40,123 bases of DNA. It comes from Malacoraja senta. Taxonomy: Eukaryota. Under the pieces are notes generated by a model. It searched no databases. It had not been told where the DNA came from and saw only the letters and a list, made by a program, of their open reading frames with translations. Below, piece by piece: positions 24,701 to 35,092 of this stretch. Position numbers and translations under genes: made by a program. Numbering within the stretch: the first letter of the stretch is position 1; each line of letters opens with the position of its first letter. The DNA lies in contig JAXLNO010000300.1 in assembly GCA_038087875.1 (NCBI GenBank), positions 1 through 40,123 on the forward strand. The letters run 5' to 3'.

Positions 24701-26415
24701 TATAGCGACCTTGCAGGATTTGTGGCGACCTTGCCGGATTTATGGCGACCTTGCCGGAAACATGGCGACCTTGCCGGATTTGTGGCGACCTTGCCGGATA
24801 TATTGCGACCATGCTGGAAATATGGGGACCTTGCCGTATTTGTGGCGACCTTGCCGGATTTATGGAGACTTTTCCGGAAATATGGCGCCATTGCCGGGTT
24901 TGAGGCGACCTTGCCGGATTTATGACGACCTTGCCGGATTTGTGGCGACCTTGCCTGATGTATGGCGACCTTGCCGGAAATATGGCGACCTTGCCGGATT
25001 TGTGGCGACCTTGCCGGATATATTGCGACCATGCTGGAAATATGGGGACCTTGCCGTATTTGTGGCGACCTTGCCGGATTTATGGAGACTTTTCCTGAAA
25101 TATGGCGCCATTGCCGGGTTTGAGGCGACCTTGCCGGATTTATGACGACCTTGCCGGATTTGTGGCGACCTTGCCTGATGTATGGCGACCTTGCCACAAA
25201 TATGTCGACCTTGCCGGATTTGTGGCGATCTTTCCGGATTTATGGCGACTTTGTCGGAAATATGGCGACCTTGCCGGATTTGTGGCGACCTTGACGGAAA
25301 TATGGCGACCTTGCCGTAAATATAGCGACCTTACCGGATTTGTGGCGATCTTGCCGTAAATATAGCGACCTTACCGGATTTGTGGCGACCTTGCCGGATT
25401 TATGGCGACCTTGCCGGAAATATGGCGACATTGCCGGGTTTTTGCGGACCTTGCCGGAAATATTGCGACCTTGCTGGAAATATGGGGACCTTGCCGGATT
25501 TGTGGCGACATTGCCGGATTTATGGAGACTTTTCCGGAAATATGGCGCCATTGCCGGGTTTGAGGCGACCTTGCCGGGTTTATGACGACCTTGCCGGAAA
25601 TATGGCGACCTCGCCGGATGTGTGGAGACCTTGCCGGATTTATGGCGACCTTGCTGGAAATATGACGACCTTGCCGGATTTGTGGCGACCTTGCCGGATT
25701 TATGGCGAACTTGCCGGATTTGTGGCGAACTTGCCGGAAATATGGGGACCTCCCCGGATTTCTGTCGACCTTGCCGGATTTATGACGACCTTGCCGGATT
25801 TACGGCGACCATGCCGGAAATATGGCGACTTTGCCGGATTTGTGGCGACCTTGCCGGAAATATTGCGACCTTGCTGGAAATATGGGGACCGTGCCGGCTT
25901 TGTGGCGACCTTGCCGGAAATATGGCGACCTTGCCGTAAATATAGCGACCTTACCGGATTTGTGGCGATCTTGCCGTAAATATAGCGACCTTACCGGATT
26001 TGTGGCGTCCTTGCCGGATTTATGGCGACCTTGCCGGAAATATGGCGACCTTGCCGGGTTTGTGGCGACCTTGCCGGAAATATTGCGACCTTGCTGGAAA
26101 TATGGGGACCTTGCCGGATGTGTGGCGACGTTGCCGGAAACATGGCGACCTTGCCGGAAATATAGCGACCTTTCAGGATTTGTGGCGACCTTGCCGGATT
26201 TATGGCGACCTTGCCGGAAATATGGCGACCTTGCCGGATTTCTGGCGACCTTGCCGGATATATTGCGACCATGCTGGAAATATGGGGACCTTGCCGTATT
26301 TGTGGCGACCTTGCCGGATTTATGGAGACTTTTCCGGAAATATGGCGCCATTGCCGGGTTTGAGGCGACCTTGCCGGATTTATGACGACCTGGCCGGATT
26401 TGTGGCGACCTTGCC
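21735..26415. repeat. Higher-order tandem duplication, unit 2340 bp (117 monomers; second copy one monomer shorter)
   Basis: 21741 onward matches 24081 onward. The ORF track shows identical peptides at offset 2340 (21820/24160, 22200/24540), then offset 2320 after a monomer loss near 25590. Confidence 0.92.
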
Positions 26416-29180
26416 GGAAATATGGCGACCTCGCCGGATGTGTGGAGACCTTGCCAGATTTATGGCGACCTTGCTGGAAATATGGCGACCTTGCCGGATT
26501 TGTGGCGACCTTGCCGGATTTATGACGACCTTGCCGGATTTGTGGCGACCTTGCCGGAAATATGGCGACCTCGCCGGATGTGTGGAGACCTTGCCGGATT
26601 TATGGCGACCTTGCTGGAAATATGGCGACCTTGCCGGATTTGTGGCGACCTTGCCGGATTTATGGCGAACTTGCCGGATTTGTGGCGAACTTGCCGGAAA
26701 TATGGGGACCTCCCCGGATTTCTATCGACCTTGCCGGATTTATGACGACCTTGCCGGATTTATGGCGACCTTGCCAGAAATATGGCGACCTTGCCGGATT
26801 TGTGGCGACCTTGCCGGAAATATTGCGAGCTTGCTGGAAATATGGGGACTTTGCCGGATGTGTGGCGACCTTGCCGGAAACATGGCGACCTTGCCGGAAA
26901 TATAGCGACCTTGCACGATTTGTGGCGACCTTGCCGGATTTATGGCGACCTTGTCGGAAATATGGCGACCTTGCCGGATTTGTGGCGACCTTGCCGGATA
27001 TATTGCTACCATGCTGGAAATATGGGGACCTTGCCGTATTTGTGGCGATCTTGCCGGATTTATGGAGACTTTTCCGGAAATATGGCGCCATTGCCGGGTT
27101 TGAGGCGACCTTGCCGGATTTATGACGACCTTGCCGGATTTGTGGCGACCTTGCCGGAAATATGGCGACCTTGCCGGATTTGTGGCGACCTTGCCGGATT
27201 TATGGCGAACTTGCCGGATTTGTGGCGAACTTGCCGGAAATATGGGGACCTCCCCGGATTTCTGTCGACCTTGCCGGATTTATGACGACCTTGCCGGATT
27301 TATGGCGACCTTGCCGGAAATATGGCGACCTTGCCGGATTTGTGGCGACCTTGCTGGAAATATGGCGACCTTGCCGGATTTGTGGCGACCTTGCCGGATT
27401 TATGGCGAACTTGCCGGATTTGTGGCGAACTTGCCGGAAATATGGCGACCTCCCCGGATTTCTGTCGACCTTGCCGGATTTATGACGACCTTGCCGGATT
27501 TATGGCGACCTTGCCGGAAATATGGCGACCGTGCCGGATTTGTGGCGACCTTGCCGGAAATATTGCGACCTTGCTGGAAATATGGGGACCTTGCCGGATT
27601 TGTGGCGACCTTGCCGGAAATATGGCGACCTTGCCGGAAATATAGCGACCTTGCCGGATTTGTGGCGACGTTGCCGGATTTATGGCGACCTTGCCGGAAA
27701 TATGGAGACCTCGCTAGATTTGTGGCGACCTTGCTGGATTTATGGCGATCTTGCCGAAAATATGTCGACCTCGCCGGATTTGTGGCGACCTTGCCGGATG
27801 TATGGCGACCTTGCCACAAATATGTCGACGTTGCCGGATTTGTGGCGATCTTTCAGGATTTATGGCGACCTTGTCGGAAATATGGCGACCTTGCCGGATT
27901 TGTGGCGACCTTGCCGGAAATATGGCGACATTGCCTTAAATATAGCGACCTTACCGGATTTGTGGCGACCTTGCCGGATTTATGGCGACCTTGCCGGAAA
28001 TATGGCGACCTTGCCGGGTTTGTGGCGACCTTGCCGGAAATATTGCGACCTTGCTGGAAATATGGAGACCTTGCCGGATTTATGGCGACCTTGCCGGATT
28101 TATGGCGACCTTGCCGAAAATATGTCGACCATGCCGGATTTGTGGCGACCTTGCCGGATTTATGGCGACCTTGCCGAAATTATGTCGACCTTGCCACAAA
28201 TATGTCGACCTTGCCGGATTTGTGGCGATCTTGCCGGAAATATGGCGACCTTGCCGTAAATATAGCGACCTTATCGGATTTGTGGCGACCTTGCCGTAAA
28301 TATAGAGACCTTACCGGATTTGTGGCGACCTTGCTGGAAATATGGGGTCCTTGCCGGATTTGTGGCGACCTTGCCGGAAATATGGCGACCTTGCCGGAAA
28401 TATGGCGACCTTGCAGGATTTGTGGCGACCTTGCCTGATTTATGGCGACCTTGCCGGAAATATGGCGACCTTGCCGGATTTGTGGCGACCTTGCCGGATA
28501 TATTACGACCATGCTGGAAATATGGGGACCTTGCCGTATTTGTGGCGACCTTGCCGGATTTATGGAGACTTTTCCGGAAATATGGCGCCATTGCCGGATT
28601 TGCGGCGACCTTGCCGGATTTATGACGACCTTGCCGGATTTGTGGCGACCTTGCCGGAAATATGGCGACCTCGCCGGATTTGTGGCGATCTTGCCGGATT
28701 TATGGCGACCTTGCCTGAAAAATGGCGACCTCGCCGGATTTTTGGTGAACTTGCCGGATTTATGGCGACCTTGCGGAAATATGACTACCTCGCCGGATTT
28801 GTGGCGACCTTGCTGGATTTATGGCGACATTGCCGGAAATATGGCGACATTGCCGGATGTGTGGCGACCTTACCGGATTTATGGCGACCTTGCTGGATTT
28901 GCGGCGACCTTGCCGGAAATATGGCGACCTGGCCGGATTTATGGCAACCTTGCCGGGAATATGGCGACCTTGCCGGAAATATGGCGACCTTTTGGGATTT
29001 GTGGCGACCTTGCCGGATTTATGGCGACCTTGCCTGAAACATGGCGACCTTGCCGGATTTGTGGCGACCTTGCCGGATTTGTGCCGACCTTGCCGGAAAT
29101 ATGTCGACCTTGCCGGATTTTTGGCGTCCTTTCCGGATTTATGGCGACCATGTCGGAAATATGGCGACCTTGCCGAAAAT

Positions 29181-31290
29181 ATTGCGACCTTGCTGGAAAT
29201 ATTGGGACCTTGCCGTATTTGTGGCTACCTTGCCGGATTTATGGCGACTTTGTCGGAAATATGGCGACATTGCCGGATTTGTGGCGACCTTGCCGGATTT
29301 GAGGCGACCTTGCCGGAAATATGGCGACCTCGCCGGATTTGTGGCGACCTTGCCGGATATATTGCGACCATGCTGGAAATATGGGGACCTTGCCGTATTT
29401 GTGGCGACCTTGCCGGATTTATGGAGACTTTCCCGGAAATATGGCGCCATTGCCGGATTTGAGGCGACCTTGCCGGATTTATGACGACCTTGCCGGATTT
29501 GTGGCGACCTTGCCGGAAATATGGCGACCTCGCCGGATGTGTCGCGACCTTGCCGGATTTATGGCGACCTTGGTGGAAATATGGCGACCTTGCCGGATTT
29601 GTGGCGACCTTGCCGGATTTATGGCGAACTTGCCGGATTTGTGGCGAACTTGACGGAAATATGGGGACCTCGCCGGATTTCTGTCGACCTTGCCGGATTT
29701 ATGACGACCTTGCCGGATTTATGGCGACCTTGCCTGAAATATGGTGACCTTGCCGAATTTGTGGCGACCTTGGCGGATTTATGGCGACCTCGCCGGATTT
29801 GTGGCGACCTTGCCGGATTTATGGCGACCTTGCCGGAAATATAGCGACCTCGCCGGATTTGTGGCGACCTTGCCGGATTTTTGACGACCTTGCCGGAAAT
29901 ATGGCGACCTCGCCGGATTTGTGGCGACCTTGCCGGAATTGTGGCGACCTTGCCGGAAATATGGCGATCTCGCCGGATTTGTGGCGACCTTGCCGGATTT
30001 ATGGCGACCTTGCCGGATTTATGGCGATCTTGCCGGGAATATGGCGACCTCGCTGGATTTGTGGCGACCTTGCCGGATTTATGGCTACCTCGCCGGATTT
30101 ATGGCGACCTTACCGGATTGGTGGCGACCTTGCCGAATTTATGACGACCTTGACGGAAATATGGTGACCTTGCTGGATTTGTGGCGACCTTGCCGGAAAT
30201 ATGGCGACCTTGCCGGAAATATGGCGACCTTGCCGGAAATATTGCGACCTTGCTGGAAATATTGGGACCTTGCCGTATTTGTGGCTACCTTGCCGGATTT
30301 ATGGCGACTTTGTCGGAAATATGGCGACATTGCCGGATTTGTGGCGACCTTGCCGGATTTATGACGACCTTGCCGGATTTGAGGCGACCTTGCCGGAAAT
30401 ATGGCGACCTCGCCGGATTTGTGGCGACCTTGCCGGATATATTGCGACCATGCTGGAAATATGGGGACCTTGCCGTATTTGTGGCGACCTTGCCGGATTT
30501 ATGGAGACTTTTCCGGAAATATGGCGCCATTGCCGGATTTGAGGCGACCTTGCCGGATTTATGACGACCTTGCCGGATTTGTGGCGACCTTGCCGGAAAT
30601 ATGGCGACCTCGCCGGATGTGTCGCGACCTTGCCGGATTTATGGCGACCTTGCTGGAAATATGGCGACCTTGCCGGATTTGTGGCGACCTTGCCGGATTT
30701 ATGGCGAACTTGCCGGATTTGTGGCGAACTTGACGGGAATATGGGGACCTCGCCGGATTTCTGTCGACCTTGCCGGATTTATGACGACCTTGCCGGATTT
30801 ATGGCGACCTTGCCTGAAATATGGTGACCTTGCCGAATTTGTGGCGACCTTGGCGGATTTATGGCGACCTCGCCGGATTTGTGGCGACCTTGCCGGATTT
30901 ATGGCGACCTTGCCGGAAATATAGCGACCTCGCCGGATTTGTGGCGACCTTGCCGGATTTTTGACGACCTTGCCGGAAATATGGCGACCTCGCCGGATTT
31001 GTGGCGACCTTGCCGGAATTGTGGCGACCTTGCCGGAAATATGGCGATCTCGCCGGATTTGTGGCGACCTTGCCGGATTTATGGCGACCTTGCCGGATTT
31101 ATGGTGATCTTGCCGGGAATATGGCGAGCTCGCTGGATTTGTGGCGACCTTGCCGGATTTATGGCTACCTCGCCGGATTTATGGCGACCTTACCGGATTG
31201 GTGGCGACCTTGCCGAATTTATGACGACCTTGACGGAAATATGGCGACCTTGCTGGATGCGTGGCGACCTTGCCGGAAATATGGCGACCT
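29181..31290. repeat. Higher-order tandem duplication, unit ~1060-1080 bp
   Basis: Rare variants recur in order: ATTGGGACC (29201/30261), GTCGCGACC (29541/30621), TTGACGACC (29881/30961), TACCGGATTG (30111/31191). Confidence 0.88.
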
Positions 31291-32826
31291 TGCCTGAAAT
31301 ATGGCGATCTGGCCGGATTTATGGCAACCTTGCCGGATTTGTGGCGACCTTGCCGAATTTATGGCGACCTTGACGGAAATATGGCGACCTTGCTGGATTT
31401 GTGGCGACCTTGCCGGAAATATGGCGACATTGCCGGAAATATGGCGACCTGGCCGGATTTATGGCAACCTTGCCGGAAATATGGCGACCTTGCCGGAAGC
31501 ATGGCGACCTTGTGGGATTAGTGGCGACCTTGCCGGATTTATGGCGACCTTGCCGGAAATATGGCGACCTTGCCGGATTTGTGGCGACCTTGCCGGATTT
31601 GTGCCGACCTTGCCGGAAATATGTCGACCTTGCCGGATTTTTTGCGACCTTTCCGGATTTATGGCGACCATGTCGGAAATATGGCGACCTTGCCGGATTT
31701 GTGGCGACCTTGCCGGAAATATTGCGACCTTGCTGGGAATATGGGGACCTTGCCGTATTTGTGGCTACCTTGCCGGATTTATGGCGACTTTGTCGGAAAT
31801 ATGGCGACATTGCCGGATTTGTGGCGACCTTGCCGGATTTATGACGACCTTGCCGTATTTGTGGCGACCTTGCCGGAAATATGGCGACCTCGCCGGATTT
31901 GTGGCGACCTTGCCGGGTTTATGGCGACCTTGCCGGAACTATGGCGACCTTGCCGGATTTGTGGCGACCTTGCCGGAAATATGGCGACCTTGCCGGTAAT
32001 ATGGCGACCTGGCCGGATTTATGGCAACCTTGCCGGATTTGTGGCGACCTTGCCGAATTTATGGCGACCTTGACGGAAATATGGCGACCTTGCTGGATTT
32101 GTGGCTACATTGCCGGAAATATGGCGACCTTGCCGGAAATATGGCGACCTTGTGGGATTTGTGGAGACCTTGCCGGATTTATGGCGACCTTGCCGGAAAT
32201 ATGGCGACCTTGCCGGATTTGTGGCGACCTTGCCGGATTTGTGCCGACCTTGCCGGAAATATGTCGACCTTGCCGGATTTGTGGCGACCTTGCCGGAAAT
32301 ATTGCGACCTTGCTGGAAATATGGGGACCTTGCCGTATTTGTGGCTACCTTGCCGGATTTATGTCGACTTTGTCGGAAATATGGCGACATTGCCAGATTT
32401 GTGGCGACCTTGCCGGATTTATGACGACCTTGCCGGATTTGTGGCGACCTTGCCGGAAATATGGCGACCTCGCCGGATTTGTGGCTACCTTGCCGGGTTT
32501 ATGGCGACCTTGCCGGAACTATGGCGACCTTGCCGGATTTGTGGCGACCTTGCCGGAAATATTGCGACCTTGCTGGAAATATGGGGACCTTGCCGGATTT
32601 GTGGCGACCTTGCCGGAAATATGGCGACCTTGCCGGAAATATAGCGACCTTGCCGGATTTGTGGCGACCTTGCCGGATTTATGGCGACCTTGCCGGAAAT
32701 ATGGAGACCTCGCTAGATTTGTGGCGACCTTGCCGGATTTATGGCGACCTTGCCGAAAATATGTCGACCTCGCCGGATTTGTGGCGACCCTGCCGGATGT
32801 ATGGCGACCTTGCCACAAATATGTAG

Positions 32827-32856
32827 ACCATATAACCATATAACCATATAACCATA
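32827..32856 (-). repeat. LINE 3' tail microsatellite, (ACCATATA)x3.75 on the + strand
   Basis: ACCATATA ACCATATA ACCATATA ACCATA; CR1 elements characteristically end in short tandem repeats rather than poly(A). Confidence 0.9.
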
Positions 32857-32859
32857 ACA

Positions 32860-32897
32860 GCACGGAAACAGGCCATCTCGGCCCTTCAAGTCCGTGC
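32860..32897 (-). other. LINE 3' UTR stem-loop (putative RT recognition element)
   Basis: Nested inverted repeats GCACGGA(32860-32866)/TCCGTGC(32891-32897) and GGCC(32871-32874)/GGCC(32880-32883), directly adjoining the tail, as is typical of CR1/L2 3' ends. Confidence 0.75.
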
Positions 32898-32933
32898 CGA
32901 ACATTTTTTTAAATTAAAAATAAATTCTTCCCC

Positions 32934-35078
32934 CTAGTCCCTTCTACATGCACTCAGACCATAACCCTCCATTCCTTTCCCGTCCATATACCCATCCAAT
33001 CTATTTTTAAAGGATAACATCGAACCTGCCTCCACCACTTCCACTGGAAGCTCATTCCACACAGCTACCACTCTCTGAGTAAGGAAGTTCCCCCTAATGT
33101 TCCCCCTAAACTTCTGTCCCTTAATTCTCAAGTCATGTCCCCTTGTTTGAATCTTCCCTACTCTCAATGGGAAAAGCTTATCCACGTCCACTCTGTCTAA
33201 CCCGCTCATAATTTTAAAGACCTCTATCAAGACCCCTCTTAACCTTCTGCGCTCCAAAGAATAAAGACCTAACTTGTTCAACCTTTCTCTGTAACTTAGT
33301 TGCTGAAACCCAGGCAACATTCTAGTAAATCTCCTCTGTACTCTCTCTATTTTGTTGACATCCTTCCTATAATTAGGCGACCAAAATTGTACTCCATACT
33401 CCAGAATTGGCCTCACCAATGCCTTGTACAATTTTAACATTACATCCCAACTTCTATATTCAATGCTCTGATTTATAAAGGCCAGCACACCAAAAGCTTT
33501 CTTTACCACCCTATCTACATGAGATTCCACCTTCAGGGAACTATGCACAGTTATTCCTAGATCCCTCTGTTCAACTGCATTCCTCAATTCGCTACCATTT
33601 ACCGTGTACGTCCTATTTTGATTTGTCCTGCCGAGATGTAGCACCTCACATTTGTCAGCATTAAATTCCATCTGCCATCTTTCAGCCCACTCTTCCAAAT
33701 GGCCTAAATCTCTCTGTAGACTTTGAAAATCTACTTCATTATCCACAACACCACCTATCTTAGTATCATCTGCATACTTACTAATCCAATTTTCCACACC
33801 ATCATCCAGATCATTGATGTACATGACAAACAACAGTGGACCCTGAGGCACCCCACTAGTCACCGGCCTCCAACCTGACATACAGCCATCCACCATTACT
33901 CTCTGGCATCTCCCATTCAGCCACTGTTGAATCCATCTTGCTACTCCACCATTAATACCCAACAATTGAATCTTCTTAACCAACCTTCCACGAGGAAACT
34001 TGTCAAAGGCCTTACTGAAGTCCATATAGACAACATCCACTGCTTTACCCTCATCAATTTCCCTAGTAACCTCTTCGAAAAATTCAAGAAGATTAGTCAA
34101 GCACGACCTTCCAGGCACAAATCCATGTTGACTGTTCCTAATCAGACCCTGCTTATCCAGATGCTTATATATATTATCTTTAAGTATCCTTTCCATTAAT
34201 TTGCCCACCACTGACGTCAAACTAACAGGTCTATAATTGCTAGGTTTACTCTTCGAACCCTTTTTAAACAACGGAACAACATGCGCAGTACGCCAATCCT
34301 CCGGCACTATTCCCGTTTCTAATGACATTTGAAATATTTCTGTCATAGCCCCTGCTATTTCTACACTAACTTCCCTCAATGTCCTAGGGAATATCCTGTC
34401 AGGACCTGGAGACTTATCCGTTTTCATATTTTTCAAAAGTGTCCGCACCTCCTCTTCTTTGAATCTCACAGTTTCCATTGCTACTCTGCTCGTTTCCCTT
34501 ACCTCACATAATTCCATATCCTTCTCCTTCGTGAATACCGAAGAAAATAAATTGTTCAATATCTCCCCCATCTCTTTTGGCTCTGCAGATAGCTGTCCAC
34601 TCTGACTCTCTAATGGACCGATTTTATTCTTTTTTATCGTTTTGATATTAATATAGCTGTAGAAACCCTTTGGATTTACTTTCACCTTACTTGCCAAAAC
34701 AACCTCATATCTTCTTTTAGCTTTTCTAATTTCTTTCTTAATATTCTTTTTACATTCTTTATATTCCTCAAGCACCTCATTTACTCCATGCTGCCTATAA
34801 TTATTGTAGATCTCTCTCTTTTTCCGAACCAAGTGTCCAATTTCCCTTGAAAACCATGGCTCTCTCCATTTTTTACTATTTCCTTTCAACCGAACAGGGA
34901 CATAAAGATTCTGTACTCTTAAAATGTCACCCTTAAAAGTCCTCCATTTTTCTTCTACATCCTTCCCATAAAACAACATGTCCCAATTCACTCCTTTTAA
35001 ATCCTTTCGCATCTCCTCAAAGTTAGCCTTTCTCCAAACAAAAATCTCAACCCTAGGTCCAGTTCTGACCCTCTCCAT
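32934..35078 (-). CDS. CR1 LINE ORF2 fragment: linker, reverse transcriptase and C-terminal region (714 aa, endonuclease missing)
   Basis: KSPGPD, NYRPVSLTS, QHGF..GRSCLTNL, DFSKAFD, GVPQG, YINDL, KYADDTKIGG, WQMEFNADKC, LYKALVRPILEY, LERRRLRG, TRGH, WNELP. The ATG is an internal Met of the parental ORF2. Confidence 0.9.
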   Translation of the reverse strand: MERVRTGPRVEIFVWRKANFEEMRKDLKGVNWDMLFYGKDVEEKWRTFKGDILRVQNLYVPVRLKGNSKKWREPWFSREIGHLVRKKREIYNNYRQHGVNEVLEEYKECKKNIKKEIRKAKRRYEVVLASKVKVNPKGFYSYINIKTIKKNKIGPLESQSGQLSAEPKEMGEILNNLFSSVFTKEKDMELCEVRETSRVAMETVRFKEEEVRTLLKNMKTDKSPGPDRIFPRTLREVSVEIAGAMTEIFQMSLETGIVPEDWRTAHVVPLFKKGSKSKPSNYRPVSLTSVVGKLMERILKDNIYKHLDKQGLIRNSQHGFVPGRSCLTNLLEFFEEVTREIDEGKAVDVVYMDFSKAFDKFPRGRLVKKIQLLGINGGVARWIQQWLNGRCQRVMVDGCMSGWRPVTSGVPQGPLLFVMYINDLDDGVENWISKYADDTKIGGVVDNEVDFQSLQRDLGHLEEWAERWQMEFNADKCEVLHLGRTNQNRTYTVNGSELRNAVEQRDLGITVHSSLKVESHVDRVVKKAFGVLAFINQSIEYRSWDVMLKLYKALVRPILEYGVQFWSPNYRKDVNKIERVQRRFTRMLPGFQQLSYRERLNKLGLYSLERRRLRGVLIEVFKIMSGLDRVDVDKLFPLRVGKIQTRGHDLRIKGQKFRGNIRGNFLTQRVVAVWNELPVEVVEAGSMLSFKNRLDGYMDGKGMEGYGLSACRRD

Positions 35079-35092
35079 AATTATATTGAAAC

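Larger units (their letters stand above)
7495..32828. repeat. 20-bp tandem satellite array, central segment (~25 kb) with higher-order duplications
   Basis: Same monomer and orientation as the left segment; long stretches hold exact 20-bp phase (e.g. ~21735-28770). Confidence 0.98.
32829..35092 (-). mobile_element. 5'-truncated CR1-clade LINE (non-LTR retrotransposon)
   Basis: CR1-type ORF2 RT, short 3' UTR with a stem-loop, 8-bp tandem tail, no endonuclease domain or ORF1. Flanked by (TA)GAC on both sides; boundaries uncertain by about 2 bp. Confidence 0.93.

Noticed and set aside
32822..32827. TGTAGA at the CR1 junction equals the first 6 bp of the gypsy LTR
   Set aside because: Only 6 bp, one substitution from the satellite's TGTCGA, and no further LTR similarity.
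3984..35078. Repeat array plus reverse transcriptases as a novel retron-, DGR- or telomerase-like system
   Set aside because: Both RTs belong to ordinary gypsy and CR1 elements with their own termini, and they interrupt pre-existing monomers whose empty sites are visible. Neither carries an internal template for the 20-mer.
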